Below, piece after piece: positions 9,393-17,935 of a stretch of DNA of 64,000 nucleotides. The notes under the pieces are model-generated. The model was not told the origin of the DNA, ran no database searches, and saw only the letters and a program-made list of their open reading frames with translations. Source of the stretch: an uncultured Planctomycetales bacterium (GTDB taxonomy: Bacteria; Omnitrophota; Gorgyraeia; Gygaellales; Profunditerraquicolaceae); NCBI GenBank assembly GCA_964467905.1, contig CAYXSY010000001.1, positions 17,226 through 81,225 on the forward strand, in the 5' to 3' direction. Position 1 is the first letter of the stretch; each line of letters starts with the position of its first letter. A program made the translations under genes and the position numbers.

Positions 9393-10519
9393 ATTTTTCC
9401 CCTGAAATTAGCTACTGCTGCCTGGCCAAGCGAAAGCGAGCTATCCGAAGCAGAAAGCTTATTGTGCGAATACACAGAAAATCCGTTCCCCCGTAAAAGG
9501 GCTTCCGCCATCGAAAATAAAAGCCTGTTTTGGAATACACCTCCGGACAAAACCACCTTTCTTATCCCGGTTTCTTCGCGCAAAATAATACTCATATTTT
9601 TTATTAATAAGGCTACGGCCTGATGAAAATAATACGCCATCTCTTCATGAGGCACTCCTTTTTTTATATCAATAAGCAGCGCCTTAAATAAACTCACTGG
9701 GTCTATTATATAACATCTGCCCCTTATTATATTTAATTTATAGCGCGGTCGTTTATCCTCTTTAAGCCCGGCCTGATAAGCCAAGGCTAATCTCTCAAGC
9801 CGCATTGGTAACTCACCCTCAAACCTAGAAAAAGAACATCGCATAATCAAAGCAGCAACCGCATCGAATAACCTGCCCATACTGCTTGCCGGATAGGAAT
9901 AAATATGTTTTTGATAAAGCTCTTCCAGATATTTGACTTTACGATAACCTATTTTTCTCATTATATAACTGATGCCCCCTTGCTTCATGATGCGTAACCA
10001 ATAGAATACAAGCCTTGCCGGCTCGAGGACGGCACTCTCTCCCCCCAAAAGCAGCACTTCCCTTACGTGCGCTCTCCTTGAGAACCCGGAGTAATCGCCA
10101 ACCAAAAATTCCCCTCCCCATATTTTACCATCAACACCTAATCCAGTGCCGTCAAAAGCTACACCTATTACCCGTTGATTTGTAAAAAAATTCTCGGCCA
10201 TGCAAGAAGCAATATGCGCATGGTGATGCTGTATGGGAGAAAGAACATATTTACGAGCGGAAAAAGCAACGGCATACTCGCTGGAATAATATCCCGGATG
10301 CAAATCATAAGCAAGTATTTTGGGATGTTTTTTAATAAGTTTTTTGGCTTCTTCTTCAAAGCTTAAGCGGTCTTGTGGATTATCCAGATCAGCCTTAACA
10401 GAACTTACAAAAGCCTTATCTTTCTCGATAAAACAGACGGTGTTCTTGGTTTGTGAGCCAAAAGCTAAGATCGGCTCTCTGGCCTTAAATGCCAGGTCAA
10501 TGCGGCAAAAATTCTTCAT
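9383..10519 (-). CDS. hypF: HypF-like protein consisting only of the C-terminal Kae1/ASKHA-like domain
   Basis: 378-aa ORF with AYDLHPGYYSSEYA, IQHHHAHIASCMAE and GVAFDGTGLGVDGKIWGGE, which match the C-terminal half of HypF. No acylphosphatase, Zn-finger or YrdC-like region precedes it, because the upstream ORF is an exonuclease. Confidence 0.75.
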   Translation of the reverse strand: MKNFCRIDLAFKAREPILAFGSQTKNTVCFIEKDKAFVSSVKADLDNPQDRLSFEEEAKKLIKKHPKILAYDLHPGYYSSEYAVAFSARKYVLSPIQHHHAHIASCMAENFFTNQRVIGVAFDGTGLGVDGKIWGGEFLVGDYSGFSRRAHVREVLLLGGESAVLEPARLVFYWLRIMKQGGISYIMRKIGYRKVKYLEELYQKHIYSYPASSMGRLFDAVAALIMRCSFSRFEGELPMRLERLALAYQAGLKEDKRPRYKLNIIRGRCYIIDPVSLFKALLIDIKKGVPHEEMAYYFHQAVALLIKNMSIILREETGIRKVVLSGGVFQNRLLFSMAEALLRGNGFSVYSHNKLSASDSSLSLGQAAVANFRGKICV

Positions 10520-11337
10520 AATATTTCCAAATGTAATATAGAATCTACCCTAAAAGTACGCTCATCCTTGCGTAAAGAGCAATAGCCTACCATATAAGAA
10601 TGGCCGCGCTCCCTGCGGATCTCCTTGGGCGTGATCTCTCTTTCAGTAAGCTCAGCACTCACGCTTGATAAATAGTTTATTTTAATCGAAGCCCCCAGGC
10701 CTATTGCCTCTTGAATCTTGGCTATTTTACTGTTATTCATATCTTCCAGGAGAGCCAGGTTAATCCCGAAAAGATTGACAAAATTGGAGAAACTAAATAT
10801 GCCTTTATGATAAAGCATATCCTTCAATTTATTAAAAACCTCCAGGGCAATCTGGGCGTCTGAAAAAGCCCGGTGCTCCTGCTGCATGTTCACCTGCATT
10901 TTCTGCGATACAAACCATAAAGCATATCTTTCCATCCCGGGGAGAAGCCTTTTGGCCATCTTCAGTATGTCTATAACAATAATATCATTTAATTTGCCTC
11001 TACCCGACAAAACAAGCTCATTCTCAATAAAACCCATATCAAACGCGGCATTATAAGAACAAAGACAGCTCCCCTTAATAAAATTCAGGAAGTTATCTAA
11101 TACCGCCTCCGGCGCAGGCGAATTTTCTAACATTTCTCTGGTTATATGGTTTACCGCAAAAGCAGCCGGAGAAATCTCTTTGGGAGAATTAATAAAACTG
11201 TGGAATTTGCCAAGAACCTTCTGCCCCTTAACCCTTAGTCCAGCAATTTCGACTATGCGATCCCCAGAATCAGGATTAAGCCCGGTGGTCTCTGTATCAA
11301 ATATGGTAAACTCTATATCGTCAATATATCTGTCCAT
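10516..11337 (-). CDS. DEDDh 3'-5' exonuclease (DnaQ/epsilon-like) fused to a C-terminal WYL-like domain
   Basis: 273-aa ORF with ExoI FDTETTGL, ExoII YNAAFDMGF and ExoIII HRAFSDAQ. The C-terminal ~70 aa (GHSYMVGYCSLRKDERTFRVDSILHLEIL) resemble a WYL domain. It overlaps hypF by 4 nt. Confidence 0.65.
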   Translation of the reverse strand: MDRYIDDIEFTIFDTETTGLNPDSGDRIVEIAGLRVKGQKVLGKFHSFINSPKEISPAAFAVNHITREMLENSPAPEAVLDNFLNFIKGSCLCSYNAAFDMGFIENELVLSGRGKLNDIIVIDILKMAKRLLPGMERYALWFVSQKMQVNMQQEHRAFSDAQIALEVFNKLKDMLYHKGIFSFSNFVNLFGINLALLEDMNNSKIAKIQEAIGLGASIKINYLSSVSAELTEREITPKEIRRERGHSYMVGYCSLRKDERTFRVDSILHLEIL

Positions 11338-11351
11338 GCTGTAATCTCAAG

Positions 11352-12245
11352 CTATTTTCTGGCTATAAAACTCTTAACAAGCTTAACCGGACGATAAGAA
11401 AGCTTAACTGACTTTAAATTGTCCAGCCCGGAATCATCCATAATATTTACGTATGTGCAATCTTTGACTTCAGAAACAAAACGGCTGAATATAAACTGCG
11501 CCAGACCCTTGATTGTTAAATCGGTTATTTCATAAAGTACGCAAAAAGTGTCATTATTGAGCTTGAAACCAAAAGTAAAAGCCTTTACTCTATCCTTTAT
11601 TCTTACAACTCTTCCCTGACAGGCTAATTTACGGTAATGCTTTAACAACACGCTGAGCGCATTAAAGCTATCGTCCATCATACCGCTATACACCTTATCC
11701 GCGTATTTTGCTTTTCTCTGTGAAGACCATAGCTTATATAAACTAAGGCATTCTTCTAAGAAACCATCCGAATACTCAAGCCACTCATAATCATACGATT
11801 TTATAAAACTATTGTAAGAAGAACGCTTGTGCTTATAAGCATTGCCGCTTAAAACGGCGATTGATTTGCTGCGGCACAAATAATCGCACGACTTAAAATC
11901 AACCCTTAAACCTGCCTCAAGGTATGTGCTTATGCTATCTTCTTCTATATTCTCAATACGCGATACTTCTGTGTTTACGTTAAACCCATCAAGAATCTTA
12001 AAGATTTCCCCCAGCAGTACAGGGCTAACTGTCTTTTTTGTAAGCGGAGGTAAATATAAAAACGCCCCTATCTTATCTTTAAAGAATATGCAGAGGGCAT
12101 CGTCAATTATATCCCAGCGCATATCAAAAAGTCCGCTCCATATAAAAATATTCTCGAAAGCATAAACCGAGAGATTATGTTTATTAACTGATAAATATTT
12201 AACAAAGATATTTTTATCTTTAATTGATAGTTTATTTAGCTGCAT
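11352..12245 (-). CDS. DUF2156 (MprF C-terminal / aminoacyl-tRNA transferase-like dupli-GNAT) domain protein
   Basis: 297-aa ORF. The N-terminal pattern LSVYAFENIFIWSGLFDMRW...ALCIFFKD is what I recall for stand-alone DUF2156 / LPG_synthase_C proteins. Confidence 0.55.
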   Translation of the reverse strand: MQLNKLSIKDKNIFVKYLSVNKHNLSVYAFENIFIWSGLFDMRWDIIDDALCIFFKDKIGAFLYLPPLTKKTVSPVLLGEIFKILDGFNVNTEVSRIENIEEDSISTYLEAGLRVDFKSCDYLCRSKSIAVLSGNAYKHKRSSYNSFIKSYDYEWLEYSDGFLEECLSLYKLWSSQRKAKYADKVYSGMMDDSFNALSVLLKHYRKLACQGRVVRIKDRVKAFTFGFKLNNDTFCVLYEITDLTIKGLAQFIFSRFVSEVKDCTYVNIMDDSGLDNLKSVKLSYRPVKLVKSFIARK

Positions 12246-12744
12246 TCCCGGGGTCTAGCTCTATAAGCTCGGTTACTTCTTCATAAGCCTGGAGAATATG
12301 GGGATTATCTTTTAGTATGCGCTTATAATCCGGAGTGTTTAACAGCTCGGTTAAATAAGCGGTATATTCCTTAAATTCGGATGAGTTTATTTTTTCTTTT
12401 GCATACGGACAGTTTAGATCAACTGTTAATAAAACTTTACCGGAACGCAAATTAAGTAAAAACGGATAAAGCTGACATTCAAAAGGACGCATTGAATAAA
12501 TCTGGCATTTGTTACTTTTTATATCAAGAAACGGGCAGATATAGCCCTGGCCTGATACGTCCTGCTTAAGCATAAGTTTTCTACCGGCAGATATGCAAGC
12601 AGATGGTATCTGTTTATCCAGAAGATCCTGTATCTCTTCATCCAACAGGCACGGGCTCCAGATAGATTCTGCTTCTCTAAAACGACAACATCCCTGGCAC
12701 TTTAAACATACATCTTCAGGCACAAACTGCTTAAAGTTCTTCAT
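12232..12744 (-). CDS. YkgJ-family cysteine-cluster (CxxCxxCC) protein
   Basis: 170-aa ORF with CLKCQGCCRF near the N-terminus and further Cys pairs (CPF...CQIY, CPY). It overlaps the downstream gene by 14 nt. Confidence 0.65.
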   Translation of the reverse strand: MKNFKQFVPEDVCLKCQGCCRFREAESIWSPCLLDEEIQDLLDKQIPSACISAGRKLMLKQDVSGQGYICPFLDIKSNKCQIYSMRPFECQLYPFLLNLRSGKVLLTVDLNCPYAKEKINSSEFKEYTAYLTELLNTPDYKRILKDNPHILQAYEEVTELIELDPGNAAK

Positions 12745-12808
12745 AGTTTAACCCCGCTGGCTATAAACTTAAGTGATACCGCACATCCTCCGGAAAATAC
12801 AAAAAGAA

Positions 12809-13129
12809 TCATTTAACAATACTCCCTAATTTAACATTCCTTGAGGGAGAAATAATGCAAATCCCCTCTTCATCCGAAGCAGCCAGAATCATCCCCTGAC
12901 TTTCTACTCCGCGTAGTACTGCCGGCTCAAGATTATCAACCAAAACAACCTGCTTACCTATCAAATCCTCTTTAGAATAAGACTTCTTTATCCCGGCAAC
13001 AACCTGTTTTGTTTTATCTCCGACATCAAGAGTTATTACGTAAAGTCTGTCGGCATCAGGATGATCCGCTACTTCTTTAATCTGGGCAATCTTAAAATCC
13101 AGCTTTTTAAAATCATCTATTGTCGCCAT
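12809..13129 (-). CDS. Free-standing tRNA-binding OB-fold protein (Trbp111/CsaA/EMAP-like)
   Basis: 106-aa ORF. KIAQIKEVADHPDADRLYVITLDVGD..QVVAGIK..Y..EDLIGKQVVLVDNLEPAVLRGVESQGMILAA is the classical tRNA_bind domain pattern. Confidence 0.8.
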   Translation of the reverse strand: MATIDDFKKLDFKIAQIKEVADHPDADRLYVITLDVGDKTKQVVAGIKKSYSKEDLIGKQVVLVDNLEPAVLRGVESQGMILAASDEEGICIISPSRNVKLGSIVK

Positions 13130-13148
13130 ACCCTCTCCTTATTTTTTT

Positions 13149-13308
13149 GCACCGTCTGCACTTGTAATCTCGCACCGTCTGCAGATTCAAGATTGTACCT
13201 GTCCCCCACCTCTATATAATAACGGCAAGAAGTGCCCTAAAAACCTACCGGGTGGCAGGTACAAGCACAAATTCGCAGACGGTGCGAGATTGAGTTTGCA
13301 GACGGTGC
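13149..13308. repeat. ~160-bp imperfect inverted repeat (long hairpin) with internal direct repeats of GCACCGTCTGC
   Basis: The left arm (13149..13210) and the reverse complement of the right arm (13251..13308) align over gcaccgtctgca / atctcgcaccgtctgc / tgtacctg / ccacc blocks. GCACCGTCTGC occurs twice in each arm. The element lies between the OMP stop (13319) and the SD of the tRNA-binding protein gene. Confidence 0.8.
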
Positions 13309-13318
13309 TCTTTTATTT

Positions 13319-14842
13319 TTAGAATGTTATCTCGAAAGCAAGTTCTAATTGATAGGCGCAATCAGCGTCCCCGTCTCCGCGCAAATAGGGACTTAATAAA
13401 CTTCCACCCGTATCATCACGCCTTTCTTTATAATATCCCCCGGGGATAAAATAACCCCCCAAAAAACTTATCAATATATTCTTATTTAGCTGATAATCAA
13501 CGATTAAATCCGTTTCATACCCTAATTCTCTGGATAAATATTTCGACCTACCCAGATACATGCCGACTGCCTTATTGAAAGATGATAAATAATAAAAATC
13601 AAATTGCACGCTTATCTTGGGGTTAACTTCTAAACCGAAACCAAAACATGGCATAAGCAGGTTTTCAAAATCTCCCGGGGAAAATGTTGTTGGGCGCGGG
13701 ACGCCATAACTCAAGCCGTATCCTGCCCCCATCGCAATAATAGGGAGCATGTCAACGTTGCTAGAAGTAACCGAATCCCCCAGGTTCTCGTTAAGGGGAG
13801 AAAAATAACTAAAAGCCCTGTTTTTTCCGCTAGTCAAAGTAGTCGCCCCTGACTGGGCCATTTCAGGAGTAACTTTATTACCTGAAGCCGCAAGAAACTT
13901 CAGATACGGAGTAAATTTACCTAAAAGAAGATCCGCCTCTCCATAAAGCAGATAACCGGTATGCTCTACGTCTTTAAAGTCGGAGTTAATGCTTACTGCT
14001 TTCCCAAAATTTCTTGCTGCCTCTGCCTTTAAAGATAGAATCTCATTGCTATAATCCCAGGCGACTCCAAAAGTTCCCAATATTTCTTTCTTTACAGGTG
14101 CACTAAAGATATTAAATCTTTTGCCCGGGGAAGTATAATCAGTAATCACTCCGATATAAGGCCAGAGACTATGTTTATCGAACTTAAATTTAGCATCCAG
14201 AGAAAAGAAGTTTGCGGCATTAGGTTCATAATACATGCCTTGTTCTTCTTCCTGCGAGATAACCGGTCCGCGGTGTATTTTATAGACTATATCCGGACGG
14301 CAATAGTAAAGACGCCAGGAGAAATCTCCGCTATCCTGGTATAAAGTTGCTCCGTAATTCTCATAGCTGCCGTTTAAACTAAAACCATTGCCTACTTCAT
14401 AAAGATAAAGCCCGGATCTAAATCTAGCGCTGCCTAAAAACGGAATATCCAGCCAAAACTCTTCGACCTGCGGCAGCAATTCTTTGTTACGGTACCTCTG
14501 AATTGCCCCGCCGTAAGTCATCAATGTATTCTCAATAAACAGCGGTGCGTCGTAATCATAAGGACCATTGCGTTCAAGCTTTACATAAAACTGCGGGCCA
14601 TCATTTTTAAACTCCAGATCAAAACCAAGACTGTAATCTATGCCCAGATAAGTAGTTTTATCATCGCTATTAGCGGAATCAAGCGTAACGACATTACGCC
14701 ATGTAACTACATCCGTCCTAAGATACGGCGTTATTGAAAATGCGAGATTCTGATTATCCAAGGCAAGAAAAGCATAGCAGGCATCCGCTAAAAGCGGAAC
14801 TATAACAAAGAACAATATAATAATTATTCTTAGGATAGGCAT
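13319..14842 (-). CDS. Putative outer-membrane beta-barrel protein
   Basis: 507-aa ORF with an N-terminal hydrophobic signal sequence, alternating aromatic/Gly-rich strands, and the C-terminal ...LELAFEITF (terminal Phe OMP signature). Confidence 0.55.
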   Translation of the reverse strand: MPILRIIIILFFVIVPLLADACYAFLALDNQNLAFSITPYLRTDVVTWRNVVTLDSANSDDKTTYLGIDYSLGFDLEFKNDGPQFYVKLERNGPYDYDAPLFIENTLMTYGGAIQRYRNKELLPQVEEFWLDIPFLGSARFRSGLYLYEVGNGFSLNGSYENYGATLYQDSGDFSWRLYYCRPDIVYKIHRGPVISQEEEQGMYYEPNAANFFSLDAKFKFDKHSLWPYIGVITDYTSPGKRFNIFSAPVKKEILGTFGVAWDYSNEILSLKAEAARNFGKAVSINSDFKDVEHTGYLLYGEADLLLGKFTPYLKFLAASGNKVTPEMAQSGATTLTSGKNRAFSYFSPLNENLGDSVTSSNVDMLPIIAMGAGYGLSYGVPRPTTFSPGDFENLLMPCFGFGLEVNPKISVQFDFYYLSSFNKAVGMYLGRSKYLSRELGYETDLIVDYQLNKNILISFLGGYFIPGGYYKERRDDTGGSLLSPYLRGDGDADCAYQLELAFEITF

Positions 14843-14855
14843 TTTAACTTATCAT

Positions 14856-14884
14856 ATTATATCAGATAAGAACGAGTTAATCAA
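14856..14884 (-). promoter_or_regulatory. Sigma70-like promoter TTGATT-17-TATAAT upstream of the OMP gene
   Basis: The minus strand reads ttgatt aactcgttcttatctga tataat atgataagttaaa ATG. The spacer is exactly 17 nt. The -10 ends only 13 nt before the start codon and no SD is visible. Confidence 0.4.
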
Positions 14885-14905
14885 TTTCCGCGGGGGGATA
14901 AAAGA

Positions 14906-15751
14906 TTATATTCTGGAATGTAAGTAATTGTCTGCCATATATGAACTGCGTACATACGCAGCGCTTTCGACATGCAAAAAACCCATTTTTCTGCCTTGTC
15001 GCGAATAAAACTCGAACCTTTCCGGCTCTATATATTCCTTAACCGGATAATGCCTCTTACTGGGCGCAAGATACTGGCCAAGGCTTAAGAAATCGCATCC
15101 ACAACTACGCAGGTCAGCCATAGACATCAAAACTTCTTCCTGAATTTCACCTAAGCCCAACATAATACCTGATTTGGTTTTTATCGCAGGAGAAATATTC
15201 TTTATCTGCCTCAACACCTCCAGCGAACGCCTGTAATCTGCTCTGCGGCGCACAAAGCTATAAAGCGATGGAACCGTTTCAATATTATGAGCGATTATAT
15301 CGGGGAAAGCACAGGCTACTTTGGCCAAGGCATCTATGGAAAGTTTAAAATCCGGTATCAAAATTTCAATAGTAATGCCGGGATTTCTTTTACGTATTTC
15401 TAAAACCGTATTAAAGAAACTATCCGAGCCTCCATCGGATAAGTCGTCTCTGGTGACACTAGTTACCACTACATGCTTTAATCCTAACTTCTCGACTGCC
15501 ATAGCAACGCGGCGCGGCTCATCAGGATCGACAACAGAAGGCCTGCCTTTTTGAATATTGCAAAAACTACACATACGGGTACAATATTTTCCCAGAATAA
15601 GAAATGTCGCCTGTTTCTGCTTAAAACATTCTCCGATATTCGGGCACATTGCCTGTTCGCATACGGTCTCTAAGCTAAACTCACGCAACAACTCCTTCAT
15701 TTGTGAGCATGATTTTAAATCTATCTTTTTACTCAGCCATGACGGCTTCAT
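14906..15751 (-). CDS. lipA: Lipoyl synthase
   Basis: 281-aa ORF with CPNIGEC and the radical-SAM motif CTRMCSFCNI, both typical of LipA. Confidence 0.9.
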   Translation of the reverse strand: MKPSWLSKKIDLKSCSQMKELLREFSLETVCEQAMCPNIGECFKQKQATFLILGKYCTRMCSFCNIQKGRPSVVDPDEPRRVAMAVEKLGLKHVVVTSVTRDDLSDGGSDSFFNTVLEIRKRNPGITIEILIPDFKLSIDALAKVACAFPDIIAHNIETVPSLYSFVRRRADYRRSLEVLRQIKNISPAIKTKSGIMLGLGEIQEEVLMSMADLRSCGCDFLSLGQYLAPSKRHYPVKEYIEPERFEFYSRQGRKMGFLHVESAAYVRSSYMADNYLHSRI

Positions 15752-16499
15752 ATAAATATGCTTCCTCCTCGCTAAATACTACCGCAAACTCATCGGCAAA
15801 GGCCTTAATCAGTTTTTCTTCTAAGGTGCTGCGCTCAAGTGAAAAGTTTAATTCCCGCGAAAGAAAAGTAGCCGAATCAGGTGCTCCCTCCGGGAAAGAC
15901 TTTAAATATTTACGGGCCATATCCCAATTAATACTAATCGGGACAGAGCCATGCTGAAATATCGCCTGACGGGCGCGCTTCTGGGCATTACCGCCTATTT
16001 TTCTGCGGTTAATTATAATATCGTATTTCTCAAAAGACGCGCTGCAAAACTCGCTAGGCGATTTTTTCTTGGAGAAATCTTTTGTTTCAAGCGCAAACTG
16101 CGCTTTTATCCCTAAGGACTCATAAAAACGTATGAGGAAAGCACATATAAGCCGATAAGAAACAAGTACTCCTTCTGGTTCTCCTATGTCTTCTTTAGAA
16201 CAAACAAAACTATAGGTTATTTCATTATCATGGAACAGGACTCCTCCACCGGTAATCCTTTGTGAAACTCCGATACCGTCAGTTGCGCAGGCAGGCAAAT
16301 TGATATATTCTCGGGCATCCTGAGAAACACCATAGGTAAATGACGGACTATTCCAGCTATATATACGTAGAACCGGGACCCTATCCTCAAGATACCTCTG
16401 GAATATCTTCCTATCCAAAGACATATTATATATAGCTTCTGAAGAAGCCGACCTGATAAGTTTAAATTTATTCATCCTGTTTTTGATTACGGTTGCCAC
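15729..16499 (-). CDS. Lipoate-protein ligase / octanoyltransferase family protein (BPL_LplA_LipB domain)
   Basis: 256-aa ORF with RITGGGVLFHDNEITYSF and RKIGGNAQKR motifs. It lies between gcvPB and lipA. Confidence 0.75.
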   Translation of the reverse strand: MATVIKNRMNKFKLIRSASSEAIYNMSLDRKIFQRYLEDRVPVLRIYSWNSPSFTYGVSQDAREYINLPACATDGIGVSQRITGGGVLFHDNEITYSFVCSKEDIGEPEGVLVSYRLICAFLIRFYESLGIKAQFALETKDFSKKKSPSEFCSASFEKYDIIINRRKIGGNAQKRARQAIFQHGSVPISINWDMARKYLKSFPEGAPDSATFLSRELNFSLERSTLEEKLIKAFADEFAVVFSEEEAYLYEAVMAE

Positions 16500-17935
16500 C
16501 GCAGATTAGGATTACGCGCAGCCATGGTTTCATCAAGACGCTTAACCGGCATATGAACCGGTGCTTCTTTTATAACAGCGGGGTTTTCTTCTGCTAGGCG
16601 GGCAATTTCAATCATAATCTCAATAAATTCATCTAAGGTTTCTTTTGACTCTGTCTCCGTCGGCTCAATCATCAGAGCTTCCTTGACTATCAAAGGGAAA
16701 TATATAGTAGGCGGATGATATCCTTTATCAATAAGATACTTGGCAATATCCAAAGCATGCACTCCCTTCTGCGCCTGCCGGGAAGCCGAGAAAACACATT
16801 CATGCATACACCTTTTATCAAAAGCAGCATCATAGTATTCTCTAAGTCTTGCCAGACAATAATTGGCATTTAATACCGCAATCTCTGCCGCTTTAATCAT
16901 GCCTTCCTTGCCAAGACGCAGCATATAAGCATAAGCCTTTAATATAACACCAAAGTTGCCGTAGAAAGGAGCGATATAACCTATAGTTTTATTGCGATGA
17001 TAATCGAGCGCAAATGTACCGTCGCTGCGGCGCACAACCCTGGGTATAGGCAAAAAATCAACCAGATGCTCTGCAACCCCAACCGGGCCTGCACCCGGAC
17101 CGCCGCCACCATGCGGAGTACCGAAAGTCTTATGTAAATTTATGTGCACAACATCAAAACCTAAATCTCCCGGACGGGCTTTACCTAAAAGCGCATTAAG
17201 ATTGGCTCCGTCATAATACATCAATGCCCCCACCTCATGCGCCATATCTGCAATTTTCTTAATATCAGGGTTAAAGATACCCAAGGTATCCGGGCAGGTC
17301 AACATTACCGCCGCAACCTCGCTGTTAAGCTTCTTCTTGTATTCATCCAAATCCATATAACCGTTTTTATCGGTTGGAATTACTATAACCTTATAACCTG
17401 CAATAGCCGCGCTTGCCGGATTAGTTCCGTGCGATGAATCAGGAATAATTACATATTTTCTCCTGGAACCCTTATCCTTATGATAAGCAGCAATAAGCAT
17501 TACGCCGGTGAGCTCTCCATGCGCACCTGCCAAAGGTTGCATAGTAAAAGCGCTCATTCCTGTAATCTCGGTAAGTAATTTCTTTGTTTCATACAGCACT
17601 GCCAATGCTCCCTGCGCAAGCATCCCGCCGCCTAAAAGCTGCGGTAATAAAGGGTGTATTTGCGAGAATCCTTCGAGTGAGGCAATTTTCTCGGTAAATT
17701 TCGGGTTATATTTCATGGTACATGAACCAAGCGGATAAAAATTTGTATCCACTGAAAAATTAAGCCGGGAAAGATTTGTATAATGACGTACAACATCAAG
17801 CTCACTCAAAGATGCAAGGCGCATACCTGAGTTACGAAGATATTTTTCTTCCAGAGGTTTTACGCCCGGCATATCAGGGGTAGCATAAGAAAAACCTCTT
17901 CTCCCTGCCTTATGTTTTTCAAAAACTAATTTCAT
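16487..17935 (-). CDS. gcvPB: Glycine dehydrogenase (decarboxylating) subunit 2
   Basis: 482-aa ORF with strong resemblance to GcvPB (NFYPLGSCTMKYNPK, PLP-lysine region HINLHKTF). Confidence 0.92.
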   Translation of the reverse strand: MKLVFEKHKAGRRGFSYATPDMPGVKPLEEKYLRNSGMRLASLSELDVVRHYTNLSRLNFSVDTNFYPLGSCTMKYNPKFTEKIASLEGFSQIHPLLPQLLGGGMLAQGALAVLYETKKLLTEITGMSAFTMQPLAGAHGELTGVMLIAAYHKDKGSRRKYVIIPDSSHGTNPASAAIAGYKVIVIPTDKNGYMDLDEYKKKLNSEVAAVMLTCPDTLGIFNPDIKKIADMAHEVGALMYYDGANLNALLGKARPGDLGFDVVHINLHKTFGTPHGGGGPGAGPVGVAEHLVDFLPIPRVVRRSDGTFALDYHRNKTIGYIAPFYGNFGVILKAYAYMLRLGKEGMIKAAEIAVLNANYCLARLREYYDAAFDKRCMHECVFSASRQAQKGVHALDIAKYLIDKGYHPPTIYFPLIVKEALMIEPTETESKETLDEFIEIMIEIARLAEENPAVIKEAPVHMPVKRLDETMAARNPNLRWQP

